Under the pieces are notes generated by a model, which saw only the letters and a program-made list of their open reading frames with translations, ran no database searches and was not told the origin of the DNA. A stretch of DNA of 64,000 nt, taken from NCBI GenBank assembly GCA_003252295.1, contig QKEV01000007.1, positions 80,139-144,138 on the forward strand, given 5' to 3'. This DNA is from a bacterium (GTDB lineage Bacteria > Patescibacteriota > Minisyncoccia > Phycocordibacterales > UBA12088). Position numbers and translations under genes: made by a program. How positions within the stretch are numbered: the stretch's first letter is position 1; every line of letters starts with the position of its first letter. Shown in pieces: positions 19,198 to 28,560 of the stretch.

Positions 19198-19764
19198 TTA
19201 TTTTGTTGGTTCATAGGATAAACCAGGAGTGTCTAAATCGACAAATGGAACACCAATAAAAGTAGCTAACTCATTAGCAACCTCTTTTAATTTTTTTAGC
19301 TTTAAATCAAAAACCTTAACTCCGTTAACACTCATTCCACCAGATGAGGATGTGCTAAGTCTTCTGATGCCACCATCTCTGGTTTTTAAAGCAAGTTTGT
19401 ATTTTCTTGTTCTGTTGTCATTTTTATCTCTGCCATTAATATAATGAATCATGACATGTTCGATTTCAGAAAAATCATAATCAGTCTTCAACTTTTCTTT
19501 TGACCACACATGTTTTTTATAAACAAATACTTTTCTTCCCTGCAAATCTACAACAACCTTTATAGTGCTTGTAAACAGAGTAATAAATAAACCTACAACA
19601 AAAAAAATCCCAATAGGAACAAGGTAACGTATATTTTCATGCCAAGGTATAAAAGCAAGAAGTACTACTGGTGCAATTATAAAAAAGATAAAAATTATTA
19701 TTCTTGCAACTGTATGACTCTCAATTAGTGTTAATGTATTACTAGTTTTTTGTTTTATTTTCAT
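19198..19764 (-). CDS. Hypothetical membrane protein (2 TM + possible PH-like domain)
   Basis: Two TM then beta-rich basic domain; preceded by repeat R2. Confidence 0.7.
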   Translation of the reverse strand: MKIKQKTSNTLTLIESHTVARIIIFIFFIIAPVVLLAFIPWHENIRYLVPIGIFFVVGLFITLFTSTIKVVVDLQGRKVFVYKKHVWSKEKLKTDYDFSEIEHVMIHYINGRDKNDNRTRKYKLALKTRDGGIRRLSTSSSGGMSVNGVKVFDLKLKKLKEVANELATFIGVPFVDLDTPGLSYEPTK

Positions 19765-19770
19765 AAATAT

Positions 19771-19856
19771 AGTATACACAAAAACAACCTAGCACTGGAA
19801 CTGCAAAAAAGAATCAGGTGAGATGTGCCCATTGGGTAGTAATCACCTGATTCTTT
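19771..19856 (-). repeat. Cassette-head repeat R2 plus duplicated terminator hairpin
   Basis: CAGTTCCAGTGCTAGGTTGTTTTTGTGTATACT next to AAAGAATCAGGTGA...TCACCTGATTCTTT, the same arms as 21189-21220. Confidence 0.8.
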
Positions 19857-19956
19857 TTGGTGGCCGTCCTCCTCTACTACAACTAGAGCAGATAAGATTT
19901 AGAACAATACACACTACGTACCGATCAATGCTCAGGTACTAGGGTTAGGACTTTTG

Positions 19957-20184
19957 TTACTGATTCTCAGACTGATTTCGCTCCTCAGCTAATCTAAGTA
20001 TTTCATCCTGATCAACCTTATCAGGAAAGCGAAGCTCAACCTCACCCCACATTATCAGCCCATTCCTATAATCATCCACTATACTTTCAATGGTAGGATA
20101 CCGCTCTCTTGCTTCTTCACCCTGTTCAACATTCAATTCCCTTTCTTATGCAAGTTCATCATTAAAATTTTCTATTTTTTCCAT
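19957..20184 (-). pseudogene. Small acidic ORF with in-frame TAA at codon 13
   Basis: MEKIENFNDELA*ERELNVEQGEEARERYPTIESIVDDYRNGLIMWGEVELRFPDKVDQDEILRLAEERNQSENQ; ATG directly after repeat R3. Confidence 0.55.
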
Positions 20185-20192
20185 ACTTAGTA

Positions 20193-20219
20193 AGTATACA
20201 CAAAAACAACCTAGGATTC
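20193..20219 (-). repeat. Cassette-head repeat R3 (supplies the TAG stop of the upstream gene)
   Basis: GAATCCTAGGTTGTTTTTGTGTATACT. Confidence 0.75.
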
Positions 20220-21149
20220 ACTCTCAATTGGATTGTTTTCAATGTAGGAAAATATTTCACTTTCGGTATTTTCTTTTGTATCCTCATCTTCTTCTGAAAA
20301 ATATTTTTCAATGAGACGAAGGAGTGCTTCTTCCTTATGTGCGTCCACATGAAGGTATGTTCCTAGTAACCCTAGGATCTTTAAAGATTTTTTACCAAAA
20401 GAATCACCAACTTTCTTTAAAACCAGCAAGTTCTGAGTAAATAATCCTTTAAGAAAATCTGTGTAAACTTCACGTTTATTAGCAAGTGTATCAATAGCAA
20501 TTTTTTCTACAATAGGATTTAGTACGTCAATATACTCCGCATACATATACTCATTATTTTCCAAATCATTCTCTGAAATACCGTATTCACTCTCAAGATA
20601 TTCTTGATTTTCATAAAGTGTTTGTGATACAAAAAAATCAACAAGCAATTCATTTAAACCTATAAAAGCTTTTTTTTGCTGTGGTTTCCAGTTTGAAACT
20701 ATCTTATATCCTGTCCTTGCTACATTAATATTGTCTTGTGATGCAAAAAATTTTCTTTTTGATACATAGTGTGTCATTTCATGGAGTAGTGTTGTAATAA
20801 GTGTTAGCTGATCTGAACATTTATCAATATTGATATAGATAGCATCTTCAACTGAATCAAATATCCCTCGAGAATTTGTTTCAAATTTATTTATAAAATC
20901 ATCCGATGAAAGTAGATGGATTTTTGAACTATCTATAGCAACTTGTTCATTAAAACCAAGTTCTTCAAGTTTATTAATCAAAAAATCGTTTAAAAAATCA
21001 ATCAATTCAAGCACCTCATTACTTTTAGTGATCTCATTTTCAATCGGTTGAGTAAACTGCTCTCTATACTTATCTAAATCAGCTTTTAAGGTAGTTTTTT
21101 CATCTTCCTTATACGTTCGTGTGCCTATAAAATTTGATTCTATACTCAT
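20211..21149 (-). CDS. HExxH gluzincin-like hypothetical protein (paralog of 16797..17684)
   Basis: LLHEMTH, downstream GLNELL; start MSIESNF after repeat R4. Confidence 0.7.
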   Translation of the reverse strand: MSIESNFIGTRTYKEDEKTTLKADLDKYREQFTQPIENEITKSNEVLELIDFLNDFLINKLEELGFNEQVAIDSSKIHLLSSDDFINKFETNSRGIFDSVEDAIYINIDKCSDQLTLITTLLHEMTHYVSKRKFFASQDNINVARTGYKIVSNWKPQQKKAFIGLNELLVDFFVSQTLYENQEYLESEYGISENDLENNEYMYAEYIDVLNPIVEKIAIDTLANKREVYTDFLKGLFTQNLLVLKKVGDSFGKKSLKILGLLGTYLHVDAHKEEALLRLIEKYFSEEDEDTKENTESEIFSYIENNPIESES

Positions 21150-21156
21150 AAACACA

Positions 21157-21188
21157 AGTATACACAAAACATCCTAAGACTCGAACTG
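21157..21188 (-). repeat. Cassette-head repeat R4
   Basis: CAGTTCGAGTCTTAGGATGTTTTGTGTATACT; 12/13 match to tRNA T-arm GTTCGAGTCCTAG. Confidence 0.8.
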
Positions 21189-21220
21189 AAAGAATCAGGT
21201 GATTAATCACCTGATTCTTT
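21189..21220 (-). terminator. Terminator hairpin downstream of tRNA-Gln
   Basis: Perfect palindrome AAAGAATCAGGTGATTAATCACCTGATTCTTT. Confidence 0.75.
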
Positions 21221-21224
21221 ATTG

Positions 21225-21295
21225 CTGCCGGACTAGGACTCGAACCTAGATTAACGGGACCAAAACCCGTCGTCCTACCATTAGACGATCCGGCA
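21225..21295 (-). tRNA. tRNA-Gln(UUG), CCA not encoded
   Basis: UGCCGGA/UCCGGCA acceptor, D-loop UAAUGGUA, anticodon arm ACGGG-UUUUGGU-CCCGU, T arm CUAGG-UUCGAGU-CCUAG, G73. Confidence 0.95.
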
Positions 21296-21386
21296 ATTAT
21301 TTACTACCTATTTTCTTTATCATCTCTTCCTGGCAATAAATGTGCCCTACAGAGTACCTTGAAAAGGGCTTTTACTCAAGGTGTTT

Positions 21387-22037
21387 TTAACATTCTGGGC
21401 AGATGTAGCCCTCCTCTACTTTCCAGGTGCCATCGAGTGTGTCACCGTACTCACCATCCGCTGTCCAAGTGGTTTTAAAGACACAGCCGTTCTTTATTTC
21501 CAAGTTCTTCCAGAGCGCCCTCCTGTACCTACCGAGTGGTGACAAGCCGTCATCCTGCATACTTGAACGCATGTTTGCCATGAGTCCGCGGTGGGTCACA
21601 ACGAGGATGTTTTGCTCTTCTCTCCTTGCAAGGCACTGGAGTGCATTAAAAGCGCGCTTCTGAAACTCACCAAGGTTCTCCTCATCACTGTAGTGCCAGT
21701 CATTGTTTCCTGCACGGAAGTACAACTGCCCCATCACCCAGAGCGACTTTGGCGAGAGCCAGCTCCTTCCCTCGAGCTCTGACGGTTTCCTCAACTCCGT
21801 GAAGAACTCGTTGGTCTCAAGTGGTGCTGAGAACATCCTGTTTACAATCTGTGCTGTTTCGTACGCACGCTCATAGGGACTCGTGATCACCAGTTCTATA
21901 GGAAGATTTTTAATTTTTTGAGCAATTGCCTCTGCCTGCTCACGACCAAGCTTTGAAAGTGGTGTATCAGGAGACTGATGCACCACTTTTTTGTTCAACT
22001 CTGTCTGTCCGTGTCGTAAAAAGTAAATTGTTTTCAT
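21387..22037 (-). CDS. Histidine phosphatase (phosphoglycerate mutase family)
   Basis: LRHGQT, SPYERAYETA, VVTHRG. Confidence 0.9.
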   Translation of the reverse strand: MKTIYFLRHGQTELNKKVVHQSPDTPLSKLGREQAEAIAQKIKNLPIELVITSPYERAYETAQIVNRMFSAPLETNEFFTELRKPSELEGRSWLSPKSLWVMGQLYFRAGNNDWHYSDEENLGEFQKRAFNALQCLARREEQNILVVTHRGLMANMRSSMQDDGLSPLGRYRRALWKNLEIKNGCVFKTTWTADGEYGDTLDGTWKVEEGYICPEC

Positions 22038-22042
22038 AATAG

Positions 22043-22717
22043 CTACTGTAATGTGCGAAGTTCACGTGGCAAATGTGAGTAATCGTTCCAAACCTTAAGT
22101 CGCCACTTATTAGCTATTGTAGCATTCTCATGGTGGTCAATAATACTCACCCCTGTGTTTTCAGAGCGTAGGAAGCGGAAGAGTCGTGTTGCAGAAGTAG
22201 GTGCCAACTCACCCTCGTACATCATGGTGTTCAAAAGAATCGAGATAAAAGCGCCGTGCGAGACGAGCATAATGCGCTTTTCGGTACGCTGTGTGAGCAT
22301 ATCCATGATCTCTTGAGAACGTACATGCAAATCCTTGTAGTTATCCTCGTCAGTGTAGCGCCAGTCTGGGTTGTCTATGTTCTTGTAGAGTTCATCATGA
22401 AAATCAAGACTCTCTTTTGAGTTGTACGGTTTATTTACAAGCGAAGTTGGAAGCATGTACTCACGTAACGCATCACACTTCTCTAGTGGTACCTGTGTTT
22501 CCTTCTGCACAATGGATGCTGTTTCAAGTGCGCGATCCATAGTACTTGTGATGATCACCTCAGGAGCAAGCTCTACCGCATGATGCGCAAAATGTTCCGC
22601 TTGCTCACGTCCGAGGTCTGTGAGCTGGTCAGTGTCATCTTGGAACACCTTTTTTACGTTTGCCTCAGTTTGGCCGTGTCGAACTATGAATATTTTTTTT
22701 GACGGAGTACTGAACAT
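22043..22717 (-). CDS. Histidine phosphatase (phosphoglycerate mutase family)
   Basis: VRHGQT, STMDRALETA, LVSHGA. Confidence 0.9.
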   Translation of the reverse strand: MFSTPSKKIFIVRHGQTEANVKKVFQDDTDQLTDLGREQAEHFAHHAVELAPEVIITSTMDRALETASIVQKETQVPLEKCDALREYMLPTSLVNKPYNSKESLDFHDELYKNIDNPDWRYTDEDNYKDLHVRSQEIMDMLTQRTEKRIMLVSHGAFISILLNTMMYEGELAPTSATRLFRFLRSENTGVSIIDHHENATIANKWRLKVWNDYSHLPRELRTLQ

Positions 22718-22720
22718 ACG

Positions 22721-23758
22721 CTACTTTGCAGGGTCAAGGTGTTCAATAATAGCGAGCTCGAGTGGTAATTGTGGAATATAGGTGGTACCAAGTCGTGTGT
22801 AGGCATCAAGCAAGTGTAAGAGAAACTTTGAGTTTATAAACTGCTTTGAAACACCTGCGTACTGTTCAATCTTTGCAAAATCCTCAGGACTGAACTCTTG
22901 CTGAAGCTCTTTACGCATAGAAGGTGCACTCCTTAAGAGCAGTACCGCACGCACCAAGCGGAGTAAGAGTGTAAGCAGTGTCTGCATGTCAGCGTTTGCG
23001 TCAGTCACCTTTTTTACCACTAAGAGTGTTTTGTCTGAGCTTCCCTCAGCTACAGCATCGAGTAGCTCAAGCAATAGTATACCTCGTGGTGCACCGGAAA
23101 CAGCTTCTATTTCCTCGAGCGATATCTTCTTGTCACTTGAAACACTCAGTGCCTGCTGCAGGTAACCATGTGCATCTCTGAATGACCCATTTGCTAGAAG
23201 GGCAAGCAGCTCTGCACTTCCTGGTTCAAGTTCAAAACCTTCCTTTTTTGCAACACGGGAGATCATGGTGCTCAGTATCTCAACGGTCGGTTTCTTAAAG
23301 GTAAATGACTGACAACGAGAAATGATAGTGTCCGGCAATTTTTCAACCTCAGTTGTAGCAAGGATAAAGACCACGTGCTTTGGTGGCTCCTCTAGAGTCT
23401 TCAAGAGCGCGTTGAACGCTTCTTTCGTAAGCATGTGCACCTCATCAATGACGTACACCTTGTACGGTGACTCAAACGGCAGTGTATGCACTTCCTCACG
23501 GAGCGCACGCACATCATCAATACCGCGGTTACTCGCAGCATCTATTTCATGCAGATCACGGTTCGTAGTGCCTATCCGATCTGCAAAAATACGAGCAAGC
23601 GAGGTTTTACCGGTACCACGTGTACCAGAGAAAAGGTATGCGTGCCCAATGTTTTCCTGCTCTATCGCTCCTCTGAGCGCCTTCACAACATGGTCTTGTC
23701 CTATGACCTCCTTAAAGTTGTTTGGGCGATACTTTCGATAGAGTACGGTCTGTGACAT
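22721..23758 (-). CDS. dnaX: DNA polymerase III gamma/tau (short, domains I-III)
   Basis: LYRKYRP, GTRGTGKTS, DAASN, DEVHML, SRC. Confidence 0.96.
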   Translation of the reverse strand: MSQTVLYRKYRPNNFKEVIGQDHVVKALRGAIEQENIGHAYLFSGTRGTGKTSLARIFADRIGTTNRDLHEIDAASNRGIDDVRALREEVHTLPFESPYKVYVIDEVHMLTKEAFNALLKTLEEPPKHVVFILATTEVEKLPDTIISRCQSFTFKKPTVEILSTMISRVAKKEGFELEPGSAELLALLANGSFRDAHGYLQQALSVSSDKKISLEEIEAVSGAPRGILLLELLDAVAEGSSDKTLLVVKKVTDANADMQTLLTLLLRLVRAVLLLRSAPSMRKELQQEFSPEDFAKIEQYAGVSKQFINSKFLLHLLDAYTRLGTTYIPQLPLELAIIEHLDPAK

Positions 23759-23765
23759 TGAGACA

Positions 23766-24749
23766 TTATACCCTACTTTTGAGATACTGTTGTACCAAAT
23801 CCTCTACCTCATCCACAGAATTTGTGGCAAAAAGTGCTATACGTAGCTCTTTTGAGCCCTTAAAACCAGTGACGTACGCCTTGAAATGTTTCTTCATGAC
23901 CGCAAAGCTCTTGTGTAAACAGTATGACTCATAGAGACGGCAGTGCTCCAGCATGATACGCAATCGTTCTTCTATAGAGGGTTCTTCACTATCGGCAAAA
24001 AACCACGGCTTCCCAAAGATCCCACGACCTACCATGTAGCCATCTGCGCCTGTTTCCCTACATTTCTCTTCACCCTCTGCCACACTCACTACATCACCGT
24101 TCCCTATAATGCGTACATGTGAGAGTCCCATTCTGTCACGCATTTTTACCAGTTCAGCAACATGTTCCCATCTGGCAGGTACGTTCGACATCTCTTTTCG
24201 TGTACGAGCATGCAGGGTTATCGCACTTGGCTCTTCTCTGAGAATCATAGGAAGCCACTCTTCCAGTTCATTCTTGTTGTATCCTATACGTGTCTTTACT
24301 GAGAGCGGTATCCTACCTGCAAGACCTTTCTTAGCACTCTGTATGAGCTCCACAGCGAGCTCTTTTGTCTTCATAAGTGCTGCACCGGCTCCTTGCTTTT
24401 CTATCGCTGTATGAGGGCACCCCATGTTGATATCCATACCATCGAAACCAAGCTCCACAATGAGGTTTGCAACGTACTCCATCATTTCAGGTTTTGAGGT
24501 AAATACCTGCGCAACGATAGGTCGCTCAATCGAAGAGAAACGCAGGTCTTTCATGAGCGGGTTCTCCTCGTCAGGCATCTTCTGTATCTCACGAGTATGG
24601 TAGAGACCATCAGCAGAGACAAATTCAGTCCACATCACGTCCGGCTTTCCGTACTTCGCAATCATCTCACGAAACGGCGCATCAGTGACATCCGCCATAG
24701 GAGCCAAGCATCCGAAAGGAGTTTCTAAACTATCCCAAAAATTAGTCAT
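23766..24749 (-). CDS. dus: tRNA-dihydrouridine synthase
   Basis: LAPMADVTD, DINMGCP, HART, GNGD, GRG. Confidence 0.93.
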   Translation of the reverse strand: MTNFWDSLETPFGCLAPMADVTDAPFREMIAKYGKPDVMWTEFVSADGLYHTREIQKMPDEENPLMKDLRFSSIERPIVAQVFTSKPEMMEYVANLIVELGFDGMDINMGCPHTAIEKQGAGAALMKTKELAVELIQSAKKGLAGRIPLSVKTRIGYNKNELEEWLPMILREEPSAITLHARTRKEMSNVPARWEHVAELVKMRDRMGLSHVRIIGNGDVVSVAEGEEKCRETGADGYMVGRGIFGKPWFFADSEEPSIEERLRIMLEHCRLYESYCLHKSFAVMKKHFKAYVTGFKGSKELRIALFATNSVDEVEDLVQQYLKSRV

Positions 24750-24784
24750 GAAAGGTAGTGTACCGTTCGTAGCAAAAGATGCAA

Positions 24785-27253
24785 TTACTTGAGTTCACTG
24801 AACGTAAAAGTCTCTCCAGGATGCACATTCCCCTTAAGTATCTCATCAGCGAGTGTCTGCTCTACTATTTCCTGAATAGCGTGCTCAAGCGGACGTCCAC
24901 CAAACTTAGGGTTGTAACCCTTTTGCGCTACGTAGTCTATGAGTGCATCATTTACCTCAATATCAATATTCTTTTCATTCTTAATGCGTTTTGCAAACGC
25001 CTTGAGGTGTATTTCTGCTATCTCACGTACATGTGTTGGCTTGAGTGCATGGAAAACAACAACATCATCAAAACGGTTCAGGAACTCTGGTCTGAAACTC
25101 TGACTTGAAACAAGGTGGTCAATGAGTGCATCCTTCTCATTCTCTACATCCTTACCCTCCTTCTCAAGTTCCCATATGAAATCTGCTCCCGCATTACTCG
25201 TCGCAATAATCACCAGGTTGCGCATGTTCACACTCTTTCCAAAACCATCAGTGAAGTGTCCCTCATCGAGTATCTGTAGGAAGAGGTCATGAATACCCCT
25301 GTCTGATTTCTCAAACTCATCAAGCAAGAGTACGCCATACTGACGCTCACGCATAAGTGCATCAAGTCTTCCTGACTTACCTGTTACTGCAGAACCAATG
25401 AGTTCATCAAGTGCATTCACCGACTGGAACTCTGACATGTCTAGGCGAGTCATTGCTTTTTCATCATTGAAGAGCACCTCTGCAAGTGCTTTTGCTGTCT
25501 CTGTCTTTCCTACTCCTGTAGGTCCAAGAAAAAGGAAGGTACCTATTGGTTTTTTAGCACTTCCAATACCAGAACGTGCTCTTCGCAGTGCACGCGATAT
25601 GACATCAACCGCCTTATCCTGTGCTATAACACGTTTGTGAAGTATCTCTTCAAGGTGCAAAAGTTTGTCACGCTCCTCCTTGTCCGGCTCACCTACTGGC
25701 ACATGTGATTTCCTTGTGACAAGTGTGTCTACATGAGCCGGCAAGACCTGATGTATTGAGCTTGAAAGTGCAACAGGTACTAGCTCCTCTAAAAGGTCAT
25801 ACGCCTTGTCAGGCATAACACCTGTTGGGAAGTAACGATCTGCAAGGTCAGCAATATGTTCCAATGCTGGAATACTAAAGACAATATCTGAAGTGCGTTC
25901 ATGCATCATTGCACGCTGTTCAAGCAGCTCAAGTACACCAGTGTTCTGAACATCCTTCATTTGAATAACATCAAATGCTTGTGCGATCCTGCTGTCTCGA
26001 GCCAAGTGTTCATCATAGTTTTCACTCAGTTCTGCGAATACTATTTGAATATTGAGTGACTCAAAGTATGGTGAAAGCAACTCAACAAGATCTACACCGA
26101 TCTTTTGTGTACTCTCAATGATTGCAGAGATGTTCTCCATGTACAAGATTGTGTTGCCTGAAAATACTGCCTGGTTACAAACATCCATCAGCAACTTTTC
26201 AAAAGATTGTTTTTCACCTGAAGCAATGATTACCGACTCAACATCAATGTAATACATCACCTTATCCTCAATAGGTGGAAGTGCGTGACCTTCACGTATT
26301 TTGTGATACAGCTGTGCTGTGCGTACGCGTGCATTAGAAACATCATGCGCAAGCAGGAGCGCGTTACTTTGACGTGACCGACATAGGATGTTCTCTAGAT
26401 CCTCAACCTCATCTTCCTCTTCATGCCGTGTCATGAGTGCACTCTGCCACATAGGATCCTCTGTTAACTCATGCCCATACCGTCGCAACAGGTACGTCTC
26501 ACCGTAACTCCAATCCTTTCCAAGGCCAGGTATTCTGCCAAGGTTGTCACGTGACCACCAACGCTTCGCTCGTCTCTCACGTCGCTCTATGCTTGTTACC
26601 CATTCAGCAGCATGTATGAGCTGCCGTTCATTGATGTTGCATGTCTGTAGGAAATGACGAAATGCCTCATCATACTTATAGACACTTTTGGTGTAGGTAC
26701 TCAACACAACACCACCATCTCTATCTACAATAAACTCTTGCGCGGTAAGCGTTGGTGTACGTTTCTTTTCAAAATCAGCATACATCGCTTCATCAACACC
26801 TGCCCTAAAGAGAATTTCTTGACCAAAGTCAGAATTCAAGAAACCACCTGTGATATCACTATCTGGTGTGTCAAAAATAATGGTGGCAACCTCCCAGCTG
26901 AGTGCAGGGGTTCCCTCATTGCTTCCCTCTTTCAACACTTCCTGCAGACCAGTGAAGTAGTAGGAACGATGCATTGCCTCAAGCGATGAGAAAATAAATG
27001 TGACAGAGAAAATAAGCAGGAACAACCCCCATATCTTAAAAGAAATGAGAGCAATGATATTCAAACCATACAGTGCACCAGCAGGTGATGTATCTAGCGC
27101 AAAAGCAAAAATAGTAACAAACAACAGGAATATGGAGGCAAAAAATAGATTCTGGTTGATACGTTGTCGCACCTCAGGAGAAACTACAGCACGTAATGCA
27201 AGTGCTCCTCCATATAACTTATACATTACCTTTTTAAGTTGGAAGTACGGCAT
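24785..27253 (-). CDS. Membrane-anchored ClpA/ClpB-like AAA+ ATPase
   Basis: N-terminal TMs; degenerate NBD1; intact NBD2 GPTGVGKTE, LDMSEF, LDEFEK, RPEFLNR, GGRPL. Confidence 0.88.
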   Translation of the reverse strand: MPYFQLKKVMYKLYGGALALRAVVSPEVRQRINQNLFFASIFLLFVTIFAFALDTSPAGALYGLNIIALISFKIWGLFLLIFSVTFIFSSLEAMHRSYYFTGLQEVLKEGSNEGTPALSWEVATIIFDTPDSDITGGFLNSDFGQEILFRAGVDEAMYADFEKKRTPTLTAQEFIVDRDGGVVLSTYTKSVYKYDEAFRHFLQTCNINERQLIHAAEWVTSIERRERRAKRWWSRDNLGRIPGLGKDWSYGETYLLRRYGHELTEDPMWQSALMTRHEEEDEVEDLENILCRSRQSNALLLAHDVSNARVRTAQLYHKIREGHALPPIEDKVMYYIDVESVIIASGEKQSFEKLLMDVCNQAVFSGNTILYMENISAIIESTQKIGVDLVELLSPYFESLNIQIVFAELSENYDEHLARDSRIAQAFDVIQMKDVQNTGVLELLEQRAMMHERTSDIVFSIPALEHIADLADRYFPTGVMPDKAYDLLEELVPVALSSSIHQVLPAHVDTLVTRKSHVPVGEPDKEERDKLLHLEEILHKRVIAQDKAVDVISRALRRARSGIGSAKKPIGTFLFLGPTGVGKTETAKALAEVLFNDEKAMTRLDMSEFQSVNALDELIGSAVTGKSGRLDALMRERQYGVLLLDEFEKSDRGIHDLFLQILDEGHFTDGFGKSVNMRNLVIIATSNAGADFIWELEKEGKDVENEKDALIDHLVSSQSFRPEFLNRFDDVVVFHALKPTHVREIAEIHLKAFAKRIKNEKNIDIEVNDALIDYVAQKGYNPKFGGRPLEHAIQEIVEQTLADEILKGNVHPGETFTFSELK

Positions 27254-27256
27254 ACA

Positions 27257-27643
27257 CTATGAAAATGTTATCAGCTCAACACCATAGATAATGAGAAACA
27301 GTAGCAATAATGGTGCAAGCAACCATATGAAAAAGAACAATGTGCCAGCAACGATTGTAAGGAGTATGAATAACAACCCAACAATAATGAGCAATGTTCG
27401 CATCACAAAACCGACCAGGCGCATGAGTGTATTTACGGTGAGAGCAGTAAAAAATGCCTCAAAATGCAAACCTTTTCCTTCGTATGACTCACCTAAACGA
27501 CGAAACGGGGCAAAAAGTGTACGCACCATGAGTGGTAAGGAAAAAAAGTTGTAGAAGAACCACACAAAATTACGAACGATATTGATATAATCAACTATCG
27601 CCTTACCGTAATGCCACCGTACATAGTAAATCAGCAAACGCAT
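27257..27643 (-). CDS. Conserved hypothetical membrane protein upstream of Clp ATPase
   Basis: FFSLPLMVRTLFAPFRR, RLVGFVMR; 3 nt from the Clp gene. Confidence 0.75.
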   Translation of the reverse strand: MRLLIYYVRWHYGKAIVDYINIVRNFVWFFYNFFSLPLMVRTLFAPFRRLGESYEGKGLHFEAFFTALTVNTLMRLVGFVMRTLLIIVGLLFILLTIVAGTLFFFIWLLAPLLLLFLIIYGVELITFS

Positions 27644-27681
27644 ATTACTTTTGTGCTTCTACTATAGCATGAAGTATATAC

Positions 27682-28560
27682 TCACTCCTCAACGTTATCA
27701 CCGAAATATCTCACAAATGCTTTATTTCCAAAACGCAGATCTATGTACTCGACATCTTTTTCAGCATCAATAGAGTCTGAGCCAAGCAAGGCAAACAATC
27801 GACGAGATATAACCTCGACATCTTCTTCACGTGGTATGAGCAACTTGTAACCGTTAGTGAGATACACCTCAACATCATGTTCATCCACAAACAGCATGGC
27901 ATGCGCTGGAAGGTTATTGTCATTCAGTATCTTGTTAAAGTACTGCCAACGTGTGAAGTTTTCAGTATCTATGTACTGCTGAGCTATTGGCTCTGCTTTT
28001 GTGAGTGACCCATAGTACCGTGGCAACACCGTCCCACTATACTGTGGTGCACGTGCGTAAATGTAACCAGTTTTATCAACAAGGTAGCAGGTACCCCAGA
28101 GATTGTCTGAAGTGTCATCAAGGTCAGATAGCTTTACGTATGCTATCGGTGGCACCACGTCGCCACACCACAACGCAGCAGGTGTTCGTTCATGTACAGC
28201 TACATGTAAGTTGTAGAAATCAGTTCGTGTAATAGCGACATCTTCTATTCTCGGGAATGCCTCTATGAGAGAAGCTTTCAAGTTTTTATGTGAAAAACGA
28301 AACACGGTGTCATGCGGAACAACTCCAAAAAAGGTCCCTGTGACACTTTCTGCAAGCGAGTTAGTAAGCATGTCCTGACCGATAATCCCATCAGTCTCAA
28401 TAGTGAGTTCTGTAAGTCGAAACACATCAAGATGGATAACATATACCATGAGTGCACAAAACAACGCTACACCTACGAGCATGGCACCACTTTTCAAGGC
28501 AACACGAACACGTTCACGTTTTCTTGCTTGTTCTGTTCTAAACTTGCGCTTGGCTATCAT
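27682..28560 (-). CDS. FtsQ/DivIB-like protein (POTRA)
   Basis: Basic N-terminus, TM, FPRIEDV...VHERTP.ALW, C-terminal EYIDLRFGNK. Confidence 0.75.
   Translation of the reverse strand: MIAKRKFRTEQARKRERVRVALKSGAMLVGVALFCALMVYVIHLDVFRLTELTIETDGIIGQDMLTNSLAESVTGTFFGVVPHDTVFRFSHKNLKASLIEAFPRIEDVAITRTDFYNLHVAVHERTPAALWCGDVVPPIAYVKLSDLDDTSDNLWGTCYLVDKTGYIYARAPQYSGTVLPRYYGSLTKAEPIAQQYIDTENFTRWQYFNKILNDNNLPAHAMLFVDEHDVEVYLTNGYKLLIPREEDVEVISRRLFALLGSDSIDAEKDVEYIDLRFGNKAFVRYFGDNVEE

Noticed and set aside
19158-21188. Repeats as a CRISPR array
   Set aside because: Spacing is gene-sized (400-1000 nt), copies are degenerate and no cas genes are present
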